Source: Marsupella aquatica (lineage: Eukaryota; Plantae; Marchantiophyta). From it: DNA of 64,000 nt. Shown here in pieces: positions 1 to 12,662 of this stretch. Position numbers and translations under genes: made by a program. The stretch covers positions 8,853,079 through 8,917,078 of the forward strand of contig OZ316898.1 of NCBI GenBank assembly GCA_973895155.1, given 5' to 3'. Position 1 is the stretch's first letter. The number at the start of each line of letters is the position of its first letter. The notes beneath the pieces are model-generated. The model saw only the letters and a list, made by a program, of their open reading frames with translations, was not told the origin of the DNA and made no database searches.

Positions 1-469
1 TCTTGTAAAGCCACCTTTTCAGAGCTTGACAAGTTTAGGGGAAAAGTCTCCAGTTTTTTCTCTGTGCTGTTGTACAGAGTATTGACTAACTAAGATTTCT
101 TTGAACAACCTTTCAAAAATGACTTCTAAGTATTATAACTTGTTTACTCTAGTTTCTTGTTCCAAGTGAACATTAGTAGTCATTGTATCAGGCATTATTT
201 ATCACAAATGTTACAACGCATATCTAGCCGCCCTGCTATTAAACTCCTGTTCCCCTGTGGTCCACTTGTCCAAAGATTGAACTTAGGGGGACTTTACAAG
301 CAGGTGGGGACCATTCAGTCTCTCTTCATCTAGAGCAAAGGTGATGGTCATTTCTTTCCACAAAAGTTAAAATGCCAGAGAGACAAAAATGTGTCAGGTT
401 TGGAAGTAATCAATGCAATTCCCTGAAAATAAGCAACCGTTCTCTCCATGTTTTTAGACCACCTCAAGA

Positions 470-1560
470 GGAGGTCCAAGTTTTTGACAAAAAAGCTTGC
501 ACACATAAGGAAAAAAAGGGACCCACAAGGGGCCTATTGACAGATGACCAGATTAGGTAATGCTTTTGCCTGATTGTGCCCCCAAGTTCATTTAAAGTGA
601 AGTGTGGCCAGTTCCCACACATGAATGGCTAGGATTGCATCTCTCACTTTGAAAAAATAAAATTGTTGCCCCCAAGTTCTTGTAAAGCCACCCTTAGCTA
701 ACCATCTAATTGGGGTGTAGTATCTAGCTCTTGGCCAGGATATTGTAACACGGGCCAAAAGTTTTCGGGTTCAATCTCCACCATCATTTTCAAGGCAGAA
801 TAAAAAGAGTTCACTTGGTGAGGCCCCACTTGAAATGACTTGGTGAGACCATTGTATCACTCCAGTTCTTTTCAATTTGATAGAACTCCTCACCTAGTCC
901 AATTCAAAATCACATGCAATAAAGAATATGGTGTTTAATTCATTCAAGGAAAACTTCAGGGTTCCATCATGCTAGAAAGAATGTTGAAGCAAACGAAAGT
1001 TAGCTCCTAAGCGACAATGATCAAACAAAAGATTTGAAAAAGTAGGACAAGCAGACTCTTCAGATGAGACCAAGAGCTAGCCATTTACATAACCTTGCTA
1101 CAAACGCAAGTAAACGTCAACAATGGCACTGAAGAACTTGGCAGATAGCACTATTAGAGGTGTTTTAGTTTCCAATTAAAACCATCAGATCAAATGTCTT
1201 TATCAAAGAGCCGTATCCTCATCCAAAAAGGGATCCTTCTTGTTTGCAGACTCTCTTTGTTTACTCTCTTGTCCTTACCCAAAGTAGTGGTGTGTCAGTT
1301 TTTAATCAAATTTCTTCAAATACTACATGGGAATTAAATAACCTTACCAAGCCAGCTCCATGGAGCCTCATTTGTTAGCATTTACCCCAATGATAGCCTT
1401 CCTTCTAAATCCAAAGAACTTAACATTTACAATCACTTCCAAGAACTTTAAGAGGTCAGGTAATTATCTATGTTGCAAATGGGTTTTTCTCAATGCTTCT
1501 ACAACACCTCTGAAACTGTTAAACTCTTTTCTATGCATGGTTAGTACACCCGTTTGATGT
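470..1560 (-). mobile_element. Eroded coding relic, probably transposon-derived, family not identified
   Basis: On the minus strand one frame reads as protein-like text (about 1540 to 660) broken mainly by TAA/TAG/TGA at positions consistent with C-to-T decay. Segment about 550-650 is homologous to about 21315-21410, so this is a dispersed repeat. Confidence 0.35.
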
Positions 1561-4500
1561 GGCCCTTTGCAGGAGGCCTATGTCGCATTCATAGTGCCGT
1601 GGTGGAAACAAACCACTGAGGTCTCAACTGGCCATGTCAAGACTGGGTATCTTCCTCATCATCTATGCAACCCTGAATTCCTGGACGCGGTACTCCAAGT
1701 ATACCTGTGGTCAAACTCACAAGTAGATTTGACATGCTCTGATGGGAGAGAGGGGCAATAAAAGGGGTCACATTGATTGATGTGAGAGGCCCAACTTGGT
1801 GTTTGACTTGTATCACAATTTGTTTTTATGTTTATTGAGAATATTTATAGTCAATTTCCTATGTTCGATATCTCTTGTGTCACACCAGGGCAATCATAAT
1901 GACCTGAAAGATTGGATATACAATCACATGGATGTGAAAGGTAAATACATATGGATTTCAATACTCCAAACTCTTAGTAATTTCCGATATAAAGATATAT
2001 TTGTATGTACCAATTGATTTGGGTATCAAATGGATATACTACGTACCCTGTTCCATGATGTTGTGACCAGACTTGTGACGAGGAAACAAAGGCTGAGCCC
2101 GGGGAACTTTGAATTGTGAGCAGTGAGAAAAAGGGAGGACAACAGGATGTGTACATGGAATTTGATGCCCCCAACTAAGGTCCCATCTAGAGTTAAATAT
2201 ACTAATTTATAGCTTAAAGTCTGGCACAATATTAAGAATTTAATAAAAATGGTTGCCCAAATTATTATCCCCTAGTACCTTTGCCATCTGCCAATCCCTT
2301 TTTTCGCAATCATTCTTTTATAAAATTATACACTGTTCAGTAAGACAAACATTTTTTTGATACCAAGTGCCATGCAAATGTCTCAATTATTTCTTATGTG
2401 ACCATCACGTTCAAGTCGGGGTTCAAGTTTCAGGAAATATGTATGTGAATTCCATATTGATCTGTCAGGAAGGACCCCAGGCGTAGCATATTGTGTGCAA
2501 ATTCACTATCAATCTCAATAAGGACATGCAGCTCCAGTTTACATGAGATCCTGTTTTGGCCCCAGCCAGCTGATTTCTTAAAAACATTCAAGAAATAATT
2601 TAGATTAATCATCTGAGTTCAATTTCGGGTTCTAGCCCTTCCATTGCCCAGGAAGCTTTTTAGCAGAAGCATAGAAAACAATATATTTTTTGGTGTGGGA
2701 GAATATAACTTTACAAACAGATGCATCTCTTTTAGTACCAGAATTTGTGGGCAAACAGGGTCGAGAGTAAAATCAGATGGCCCCACAGTTGGTCCTCACT
2801 GGGACCTTAGAAGGAGAATATTGAAAATCCTGGACTAAGGACATGGCCAACTTGAACACCTCTCATTTGGGTGATTACCTCCTTGATGAAGAAGTTTTAT
2901 TAGAAATCAACAACAAAGAACTCACGAGCTTTTGATAATGATTCTGAGTGACAAAGCACATATCAACCTTATGCCTCTACCATATAACTTGCAATGCACT
3001 TTAAACTTTGGGAAGATCATAGTTGGCCACTGGGGAGAAGTAGCACCTGGAATAGCACAGCCAAGGGGCAAATAAGGGCCTGTTCTTGTATGTCAAACCA
3101 GCTGTGTATATTTTTAGCATACTGAGCCCCCTCTATGTTACAGTCAAATCCTAATGTTGCATTGTGAAAGCTTTGGGCTACGGTGGGATGTTAAGCTTTT
3201 GTTTTTTGGTGAAACATCCCTCTCATTTTGTGAAGATGACAAAATGTGTTGCTGTGCATCAAACATTGATAAAGCACACTCGAGTGACATGTCCTCATTT
3301 GCTTCTCAGCCACAACATCACATTTGGCAGTGGGACAACTCTTGTATTCTTTGCTGCACCTTCTTTGAACTCCTTTTCAGATTTCAATGAATCATGAAGG
3401 ATGTCCTATATCTTTTATTGCATTACGTTTCTCTATATTTCAGTGCACCAAAGGTTACTGATGCACCAATTTTAGCCCACTTTGGCATTCTGATTGGCAC
3501 TTTACGACTCGAATATGGAGACAAGGCTGTCATTGCAGCAGTTTGTTCTGTAGACATAGGATGCGTGGCCAAGAAAATTCCTGGCTTTATTTCCTGGATG
3601 ATTGTTGATGAGCTTACTATAACACACCTACTAGTATAGATCTGATATAACTACTCTCCACTTGAATATTAGAAATCTTCTCAAGTTCTAAGCGAAGCAA
3701 CATGGCAGACTAGACAATTTTCAAAATTCTTTCAAACACTAAGGCAAAAGACACACCAAGGCAGTCCACCATGACATGTATACAATCTAAACTACTATAA
3801 TAGCATCTTGCTCTCACTACTCTCTTGCATGATCTCCTAAACAAATGACATTTGGGTGCGAACAAAAAAGGGGTTGGACTTCGTTACCCATTTCCTTTGA
3901 CCATGGGACTTTGCAAAATGACATTTCTTGGGACATCTATGGGCATGTGTGGTAACCCTGCTGGTCCAAGAAATTTCCGTGCCAATGGGACTCTCTGTCC
4001 AACCTATTGCCCCAAACACAGCATGGATCCACCTTTCTTCTCACTTCTGCTTAGACAACACTTTCCACAATAATAAACATGGTGAAGGTGACAACTGTGC
4101 AATGCACATGGGCATTGAAGGTATACTAGTGTCCTAGTTGCCGACCAAAGGGTCCAAGTGTGGACCAGGAAGTAACCAACACCAACACTACGGGTGAGTG
4201 AGGACAAGTGGATGTGACCATGGCTGATGATCTCACCTAGCTTGGGAAATATTCCAAGATTATAACCAGAATATTGGGCCTTCAATTTGGATGAGTTGTG
4301 TCCATGGAAACTGAACAACTTTATAGATCTCATAAAGTTTTGCAAATACAAAGACATGTCATTGGTCTGCATGACCCTGGGTGACCTCAAACGTGTATTC
4401 ATGACCCTGGCGACATCAAGTGTGTATTTTAGAGCCCGTCACGTGCTTGTCCATTTGCCCAAACTAATTAGTATTACTACTATACTATTACTACTAGCCT

Positions 4501-4676
4501 GAATACTCCTTCTTATGCACATGAAGGGTTTATTCTCCCCCATGCCTTGTTTTTACTCAATAGCATGGCCTAAATATCTAATTTAATTACCATAAAAATT
4601 TAAGACCTATGGCTTCACTTCATGGACTAGATTATAAACAATAGATTTGGATCACCAATTGTCCTGTGGATTGATT

Positions 4677-4920
4677 ATGACACGCTCTATATGGAAAGGT
4701 CCTTTTGTGTATACTTGCTTGTCCAAGCAAAAAAGACTAGGTGAAGAATTTAGTCATGTAGATCTTGTATTTTGTTTTAATTTGTTGGTTGTTATGCACA
4801 AATTTATAACGAAAAAGGTTTTGTTGGTTTGAAGATTACTGAATTAAACGGTTGGTCATAAATTTGGAGAGTTTGCTTCTACACTGAAAACCTCCTCCAT
4901 GGGTAAGAGAGCTTTGCCCT
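4677..4920 (+). pseudogene. rps19: Mitochondrial ribosomal protein S19 pseudogene (NUMT)
   Basis: Reads MTRSIWKGPFVYTCLSKQK / I*SCRSCILF*FVGCYAQIYNEKGFVGLKITE / VGHKFGEFASTLKTSSMGKRALP across two frameshifts and two stops. It carries the S19 motifs RSxWKGPFV and GHKFGEFA, and the short form resembles the bryophyte mitochondrial protein. Confidence 0.88.
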
Positions 4921-5940
4921 ACACTTGAGCAACTCTGCAAAGTGCACAGCAAAACTTCTCAGGCATGAACAGAGTATGCCCAGCCATTGAGGTCCAAGGA
5001 AGGCCATATCAAACTGGCCTTCAAACAAGGCCTCCTGGCCCTTAACCCTTGCCCTAAGACCAAAGCTTACCTTCATGCAACTTTGACGTTTGGGAAGTGA
5101 GATATCCTAGCCAAACCCAAATCAGGCAGTTAGCCGAATATGCAAAAATCACTTTAAAAAAGGAAAATCATAAAAGAAACTGTTGTTTTACTACTTATCC
5201 CAAAATTGCACATTCTTCTGAAGTTCACCCCTAAACTAATTGAAACTGTAATATGAATGAAACTATAGTAATAGCAGGCAACTGAATAAGTTGCTCAATT
5301 CTGGGGTGACATAGTACAAAAGAGAAAGAGAAAAAGGCACTTTCCCTCCTGTGCATGAGCCTTGGTGCTTGATGGCTTTTATGTCCTCTACTGGAGGCCA
5401 AGCAGATGTACTTTTGGGTTCTCCTTGGCATTAAATCATATACTCCTGGTCAAAAAGTAAGCGAATCAGCCGCCCGTTCCTTGGACACGTGGGCTCAGCC
5501 CAACGACAATCACATATTTCTCTTTTAACATCGGGAAAAATCAAGAGAAATGGTCTGATTGGCTGGAGTCATTAGGTCCTCGCTTTTCCCTAAAAGCCCA
5601 CGCAAACAGAGGAGATTCGTTCCTCGAAGAGTGACTGTAACCAGACTATTTGAACTTCGAAGACAAACGTCGTCACTTTAGGTTCTTTGTCGTTACACAG
5701 TCAAAACTCTTGCCATATGGTACTGTAGTAATGGGTAAATGCAAGATGCTTGGATAGTTTGCAAAACCTGCATCTAGTGTGGGATTGACGAATCACATTG
5801 ATAGCTTGGTTAGTGTTTCTCAATTACTGAAAGTTATTCGTACTCGCTTCCCGACTTTAGCGAGTGGCCATTAAAAATTTCCAAGTTCTGTCAGTGTATC
5901 TTTTCATATGTATATATCGCTTTGGGGGTGGGTGTGTCCC

Positions 5941-6190
5941 TTTCTATCTTTTTGTTAGAAGAATACATGTTTATTAGAGAAGCCACCGCGGCGAAGACCA
6001 GCAAGGCAGAAACAAACCACACAGAGGGCCACACACACCCCATGGCTACTAAATGCCAAAAACCGCCCATACAGTACACAAGGTCACCTCCTAAAGAAGG
6101 GTCAACGGGGGAGAAAGCAAAATTAAATTAAATTTTACAACAGGCAAACAAGGCACCGCCCACAAGCAAAGGGGGGCCTCAACACTGGAA
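5941..6190 (-). mobile_element. Probable 5'-truncated LINE 3' end
   Basis: The minus strand has T-rich 3'UTR-like text followed by AATAAA and a decayed A-rich tail (aataaacatgtattcttctaacaaaaagatagaaa). No RT sequence was seen. Confidence 0.35.
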
Positions 6191-6849
6191 TGAACAGGGC
6201 TGGGTTCTATCTTGTACAAGGTTTATCAGGCTATGATGTCTGGGATTTTTTTCATTGTAATTTCTTAACAATTCTCTGCATACTTTTCAAGTCCATCTTT
6301 TTCAGAACATCACATTTTTGTACTGCGTGCCAAACTCTGCTTGTTCATTTGTTTGCACCAGCCTACTTATCAGATGATAATGTTTTAGGTGCTAAATACT
6401 AACTTGAACTAATGTCCACTTGAAAATCCAGTTAGTTTACTTACAGAGTTATTCATTTTCATTTTGGTTTTAAGGAATGAATGTGTAATTAGTTTCAGGC
6501 TTTTCTAATTTATTTTTGTTTCTGAGAAGGTTTAATGTTTCAACCCTGCAATCATCTAATAACAAAATGGTTGCTAGGATGAACCATAACGCTAACTATG
6601 TATCTCGGCCACCTTTAGACCCATAAGTGTAATTACTTCTAGCAAAGAAATCTTTTAAATTGACTTCAAAATAACAGTAAAACTACTGTAGGTAGTCTTG
6701 TTTACATGGCTTAATCTATGTTATTTGTCAGATATGGTGATCCATCAAGGATCCCCATTTTGCAAATAATGGTGATATTTTCCAGATGTCTTTAATCTGA
6801 ATAGAGAATTGAGAAACCTGCAAATTCTCAAAATGATTATCTATTTTTC

Positions 6850-7190
6850 TTGCCATCTTCAACGCATGGGTTATTGAACACCGCAACAACAACTTTATTT
6901 TACCTTGATATCTTTTTCTCATTGCTCTATTTTTTATTCACCCTTGACATCTTTTCTCTCCTCAACATGTTTTTCTATCCTTTACATTTTTTCTCACTTG
7001 ACTTGACATATTTTTTTCATGTTTACATGTTTTTCCAACCTCATTTCTTTTTCTCTCTTCAACATCATTTTCTCACCTGGATTTGTTTACTTCACCTCAA
7101 CATTTCTTTCTCTCATTCCAAGGAACATTTCTTTCTCTCATCTACATATTTTCTTCATCTTGATATCTTTTTTCACTTCAACAGCGCTAC
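6850..7190. repeat. Degenerate T/C-rich tandem array (units like ttcacctcaacattttttctctc)
   Basis: Motifs such as cttgacat/ctcaacat followed by ttttctctc recur about every 20-40 bp. This explains the spurious Phe/Leu-rich ORF 6850-7206. Confidence 0.6.
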
Positions 7191-7522
7191 ACAGAAATCA
7201 GGCTAGTGTATCAAAAGACTTAGACACACTTAAACACTCCAAAAGTATATAAGCATTTTCTATTTAGTACTCGATAGAAGCGCTAACTTTACATCATATA
7301 CACACATCGGGGGGTAGTAGTTACGGGTCAGTGACGGTGCAAAGAGTATTTCGCCAGATCGATGGGATTCGACTCGTCGATGTAGGATCGAGGGCGAGGA
7401 GGGTGGCTGGCTGTCCTTGCCTTCTGCGGGTGCGAATGGGGCAGGAGGGCCCGCTGGACGACCCACAGCAATTTCCGCCACTTAATAATTTAGCAATAAT
7501 AATCGGATTGGTAGACGGCATG

Positions 7523-7589
7523 TGGCCTGTGGGGTTTGTAAAATTCAGCGTCCAATGCGATGGCCCGGGTTCAAATCCTTTCGGAGGCC
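7523..7589 (+). other. tRNA-like Pol III internal promoter (box A and box B), possible SINE head or tRNA pseudogene
   Basis: Box A-like TGGCCTGTGG at 7523 and box B GGTTCAAATCC at 7568-7578. A complete cloverleaf could not be built. Confidence 0.35.
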
Positions 7590-10500
7590 TGTCACAATAA
7601 TACTGTACGTGTGTGCGTGGTCGTAGTACTCTGGGTGGGTACCTACCACGTGGACACGATGCAGCGGTAAAGACCGCTCATCTAACGCTTTTCTTTTGTG
7701 TCCCTAGAATAGCGTTTCTCTTGGAAATTAAACGATCGTAGCGATTGGCTAAAATTTTTAAAGTTATGGCGGATTCCAATACCAAGTTGCCGCATAAATG
7801 GACGAATGTCGTGCTTTGGCCAGGAACTAAATGAATCATTGTTTAAGGTTGCAGATGAGCTGATTTCCTGGCTTTTCTCCGGCTGTTCCTGTGCGTCGTC
7901 CATCTCCATCCTGGACGGTTAAGATGAGATGGACCAAGTCGAGGAGCTCGTGGAGCGCAGATTTGTTTTTATTTCCATGAAGCGAGTTTGTGGGCCCGGC
8001 TCTGACAATATAGCCCTGAATAGAGAGTGTAAGATAATATAATTTATTTATTTCTTTAAGCGTACGACGCGAGTAGAAATTCTGTTCTGGCAAAAAGTGG
8101 AAAAGAGGAGTTCGAGGTTTTTTAATTTTAGTACACATTTTCTTCTTTGGGATGAGCTCATCCTGGTCGTCAGCTGGGACGATTGAGGGTTGAGATCGAC
8201 CGTCAGGTTTGGATTTACGCGACACTTGCCGCCGGGATTGCTGAGAAAAAGAGTTTCTAGCCTTTTTTAAATTTGTAGGTTCGGAAATTCGATTGACGAA
8301 CAAAACCTCGTCAGTCTAGGGGAAAGAAACACGGCTTCCCTTTGTTTCCAGTTGTTGAGGATGTTACTCATAACCGAAGATTCCTGTCCTGGGCGAATAT
8401 GGCGGTCGAATAATCATATAGACGGTGGAGATGATGTAGAGGTGGTGTGGATTATTATTATTAGGCTGGGCGGGTTTCTCGTCCCGGAATGTGTGGTTTC
8501 CCGGAGCGGGACATACCGCCACGGCCTTGCCCCAACTTGGAGATCGCCAATTGGGGGGTGGGTGGCTCGGGAATAGTGTCTGGTGTGGTTAGGTACTGGG
8601 TTGGGGACTTGGGGTGTGGTACTGGGTAGGGTAGGGTGGGGCGGGGATTGGAGGTTGGGTATGTGGAAACGAGGCTGTCACGCTTCGGCCCCTTCTCTGG
8701 TTTTTCCTCTCTGCTTATTCGGTTCATGGCTGTGGCCGAGATCTTCTTTTGCGCTGTGTGGGGGAGCGAGTGAAGCTTTCCGGGGAGTTGAGAGAGAAGT
8801 GCGGCACCTTCGTATGACCAAACGGACGAGAAAGATCGAAGGCGGCAGAATTTGTGGATCGCAGCGGAAAACGGGAGGAAGAAAGGAGGGAGGAGAAGGA
8901 GAAAAGTTGCGGGGCTTGAGAGTACGCGAGTGGGTGGGAAAGAGGGGCATGTACAAGGTGAGCAAAACTGGACGCGTCGCGGAGGAGATGCTTGGCTTCG
9001 TTGCTTCGTGGCATGTTTTGCGTGTTGGTGGGAATGCTTTGTATTAGGGTTTGTGCTCGTGGGTTTCGTCGTCGTTTGCTTGCTCGATTACAAGCCGAGA
9101 TGGATGTGTTTGTTTGCTGCTGCGTGCAGGTTGCTTGATTGATTGATAGGCTGGGGGGTTCGCTGGTGCTTGTGACGTGTGTGGCGATAGTAAACTTGGC
9201 GTCGATGGAGGTCTTTGGTGACCCGTGATTCGCCGCAAAGACTTCTCGCAAGTAAGAGAGACCGAGAGAGCGAAAGCGAAAGAGCGAGACAGAGGTAGAT
9301 AGCGAGAGAACCGGATGGCTTGTCCCCACTCGCATACCTATAGGGAACGAGGGACACTAGTTGGCAGAGAGCGAGAGTACTGGCTGCACATCATGACGCG
9401 AGTTATTTAGCAGTACCGTATGTTGCCAGCCGGCCGAGGCGATGAGAAGTAGGAAAGGGGAGGGGATGCACTTTGTATGACTTGATTAGAGCGATGCGTG
9501 AGGGATGAAGCGAGCAACGGCGGGTCGGAGCGCGGACATATGCTGTGTGAAGTATGTGTGTGAGGAGACTCACCTCCCCGGTCTTCTCCTCGGGTGGAGT
9601 GTGCAAGTTGAGAGATTCTCCGTTCGTCGCTTGTTCGGGAATCTTTGCACGGGGTGAATCGTGTTCCTGTCGATAAAGGGGGGGCTTGAGCGGGCCTGAA
9701 TCGGGCTCCGTTTTGAAGTTCGATTTACGGTGGAAAGGTAAATCGGTGAATCGAGTCCGATTTTGGTGGCAGCTTGGTGTGGGTGGAAAGAGACGTCTTG
9801 CAGTGTCTGTCGCCGTGAGCAATTTCGAGGCGCTTTTGTTCGGGTCTGACTCTCGCAACGCAGATTATGTGACGAAACTCGTCATACATGTGCAGATGTT
9901 GATCTAGTCGTATGGTCTTCGACAGTTTAAGTGTCGTGGAGGAAGGAGAGGTGGGAATTCCATCGGTATGGTCAAAGGCTTCCAGCTCTTTATCAATCCT
10001 GGAGACGGAAATGTGTTGTTCGAGAAGTCCGGTTGTGCCTGACCTTTGGACGAAGTGGACTACAATTTCTAGGGTAACCAGTGCAGGCGATCCTCAAACC
10101 TGGACGAGAGAGGTTTTCTCATATGGCCATAAGCCACGGATGTAGATCTTTAGCGGAAGTTTGATTGGCCGGAGCGGTTTTGGTCGTCGACACCATTTCG
10201 TGGCTTAGACCCCACCTGCACCGCCGTGGTCTCCGATTCTTTCCGTACGTATTTCCTACTTGTAGGAAGTAGAGTACAGCACCCTGACCGGGCGCGATGT
10301 GACGTCAACGACGCACGTGATGCTTCTCGGAAAATGGTCCCCATGAAGAGGAATCTTCCCCTTCTTTCATCCATCCCGGGGGCGAGAAGGAAGGACCTTG
10401 GTTGAGGCGTAGTGCTGCAGCTAGTTAGGATTACAAGTATTAAGAACTTCACGTCTTTCATGGATCTGACCATCGGCAACCCTGTGTATCGAGATCGACC

Positions 10501-10936
10501 TTTGTCGAGGGTTCGCATGTCCAGCTAGCCGTCACTGAAACTGCGGCGATTCCAGATGCAGGGGGATTGTCAGGTGCGTTTCAACGCCATGCGGACGGTC
10601 CAGTAGCATTCTTTTTTGGCCATTTCGGCTATCTTGGGATGTCTTCTGTTTGGGAACTGACGCTGTGTTGTGGTGTGTACGGTAGTGAGAAGCTGATTCG
10701 AATTCGGTTTTCGAAGAGCGTGTTGCGAGTGATTAGACATGATCCAGCGCTTAGAAGAAGTTCCGTTTTTGGACTTCGACTGGGGTGCCTCGTCTGGAGT
10801 GTTTTGTAGTGCACTCGCTAGCTTTTTCGTATGGATAACTTCATTTGAGGAAAAAGCCAACAACAAGCAGCATACCACATGCTTTGATATATGCCCTTCT
10901 GCCTTTGTCCCTCTTGGACGTTGGTAAGAAATTAAG

Positions 10937-12662
10937 ATGGCCGAGTGCATACCCGACAGAAGTCCCTCTTCGGTTTCAGATATGACATCCCAAATCACCC
11001 CGCATGCAGATGATAGCCAGCTTTCAGAATACACGGAGATGGACGTAACGGGTCGGTATGGTCGGTACGATGAGGTCCTCGGGAAAGGAGCGTTTAAGAC
11101 GGTGTACAGGGCTTTTGACGAGGTCGATGGTATTGAGGTTGCATGGAATCAGGTGAAGATTCAGAACATGCTGCAATCTCCTGGAGACTTGGAGCAGCTG
11201 TACTCTGAGGTGCACGTTCTGAGGAAGTTAAGGCACAAGAACATCATGAGAATCTACAGCTCATGGGTAGATACTCAGGAGAAGCACGTCAACTTCATCA
11301 CCGAATTATTCACCTCCGGTACGCTCAGAGAATATCGGAAAAGGCACAAGCATGTTCGCATCCAGGCGATCAAGAAATGGGCACGGCAGATCCTTAGTGG
11401 CCTGAATTATTTGCACACCCATGATCCTCCTATTGTACACCGGGATCTGAAGTGTGACAACATTTTCATCAATGGGAGCCAAGGAGAGGTGAAGATCGGC
11501 GATTTCGGTCTTGCAGCCATACTTCCGCAGGGTCACACTATCCACAGTATCGTCGGCACTCCCGAGTTTGTGGCCCCTGAAATCTACGAGAAGGATTACG
11601 ACGAGCTTGTCGACATATATGCGTTCGGCATGTGTGTTCTGGAGCTGGTGACGGTTGAATACCCGTACAGCGAGTGTACTACTGTCCTTGAAATATACAA
11701 AGCTGTCACGTCGGTAAGTTCTTGTCTCTTTTATTTCCGTCGGATGCACCATCCATGTCGTTAGACTGTTCCAGACACCTGACTCTACGTATCTTGATGG
11801 TGGGTTGGCACTACCTAGTTTTCAATCGAGTTGGAATACCCGAGATGGTGAAGACTTCCGGAGTCATTTGCTTCTGTCGGTAGTTTCTGTTTGGGATCGT
11901 TGATGCAGAGTGAGTTCATTCATCTCACCACTTGACTTTGCTGTTCAGGGAAAAAAGCCGGCTGCACTGAATAGAGTGCAAGATCCTTTAGTGAAGGCAT
12001 TCGTGAAGAGATGTCTTTGTACTGCCGAGACCAGGCCAAGCGCTCAGAAGCTACTCCTGGATCCCTTTCTTCAATGTGAAGAAGATCGGGATTCCAATGA
12101 GTCTAGGATTACCCCCCTTCCCCTTCGGCATACGGAGTCATATGAGGACTTCCAGCGGGCAAGGAGTTTGGGTGCTGCTTCCGACAAAGGGAGACCTTCT
12201 ACAAATCTTAAAGAGGCTCCTTTGAGGAGTAGCAATGTAAGAGCCAAGGGCGAAAGAACAGACGATGACACATTGTCGTTGAGACTTCGAATTGCAGATT
12301 ACCAGGGTCACGTAAGGCAGATACAGTTTCCTTTTGTCCTGGACGTGGACAGTGCCATGGGTGTCGCAAGCGAGGTAATTGCCGAGTTCGAGCTTTTGGA
12401 TGAGGATCTGATGACCATAGCGGATATTATTGATGCTGAGGTCCGAGAATTGGTACCAGATTGGCAGCCGACGAGCCAATCCCAAGATTCTTGTGTTTAT
12501 AACGGGCAGACATCAGATGGAGGCCCCGATGAGGGGTCTGTTGAGGAAGCGAATGGCGTGGAGATCTCTCAAGTTGACCTGGAGGGCTTGTTCAATTGTC
12601 GCCCAAAGTCCAGTGTAGTTGAGAAGCTGGATGAATGCTGGCGGTATCAAATATATACCTGA
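10937..12662 (+). CDS. WNK: WNK (with-no-lysine) serine/threonine protein kinase, about 496 aa; join(10937..11713,11949..12662)
   Basis: Motifs [23 protein letters not shown] (catalytic Lys in subdomain I), [39 protein letters not shown], and a C-terminal autoinhibitory-like region (LSLRLRIAD...IQFPF...DSAMGVASE). The GT-AG intron 11714-11948 is phase 0 and joins VTS to GKKP. Confidence 0.93.

Noticed and set aside
6850-7206. Hydrophobic 118-aa ORF as a membrane protein
   Set aside because: It is the product of a T/C-rich low-complexity repeat.
9364-9386. miR529/miR156-like sequence (gcagagagcgagagtactggc)
   Set aside because: It has several mismatches, lies in a GA-rich context, and no complementary star arm was found.
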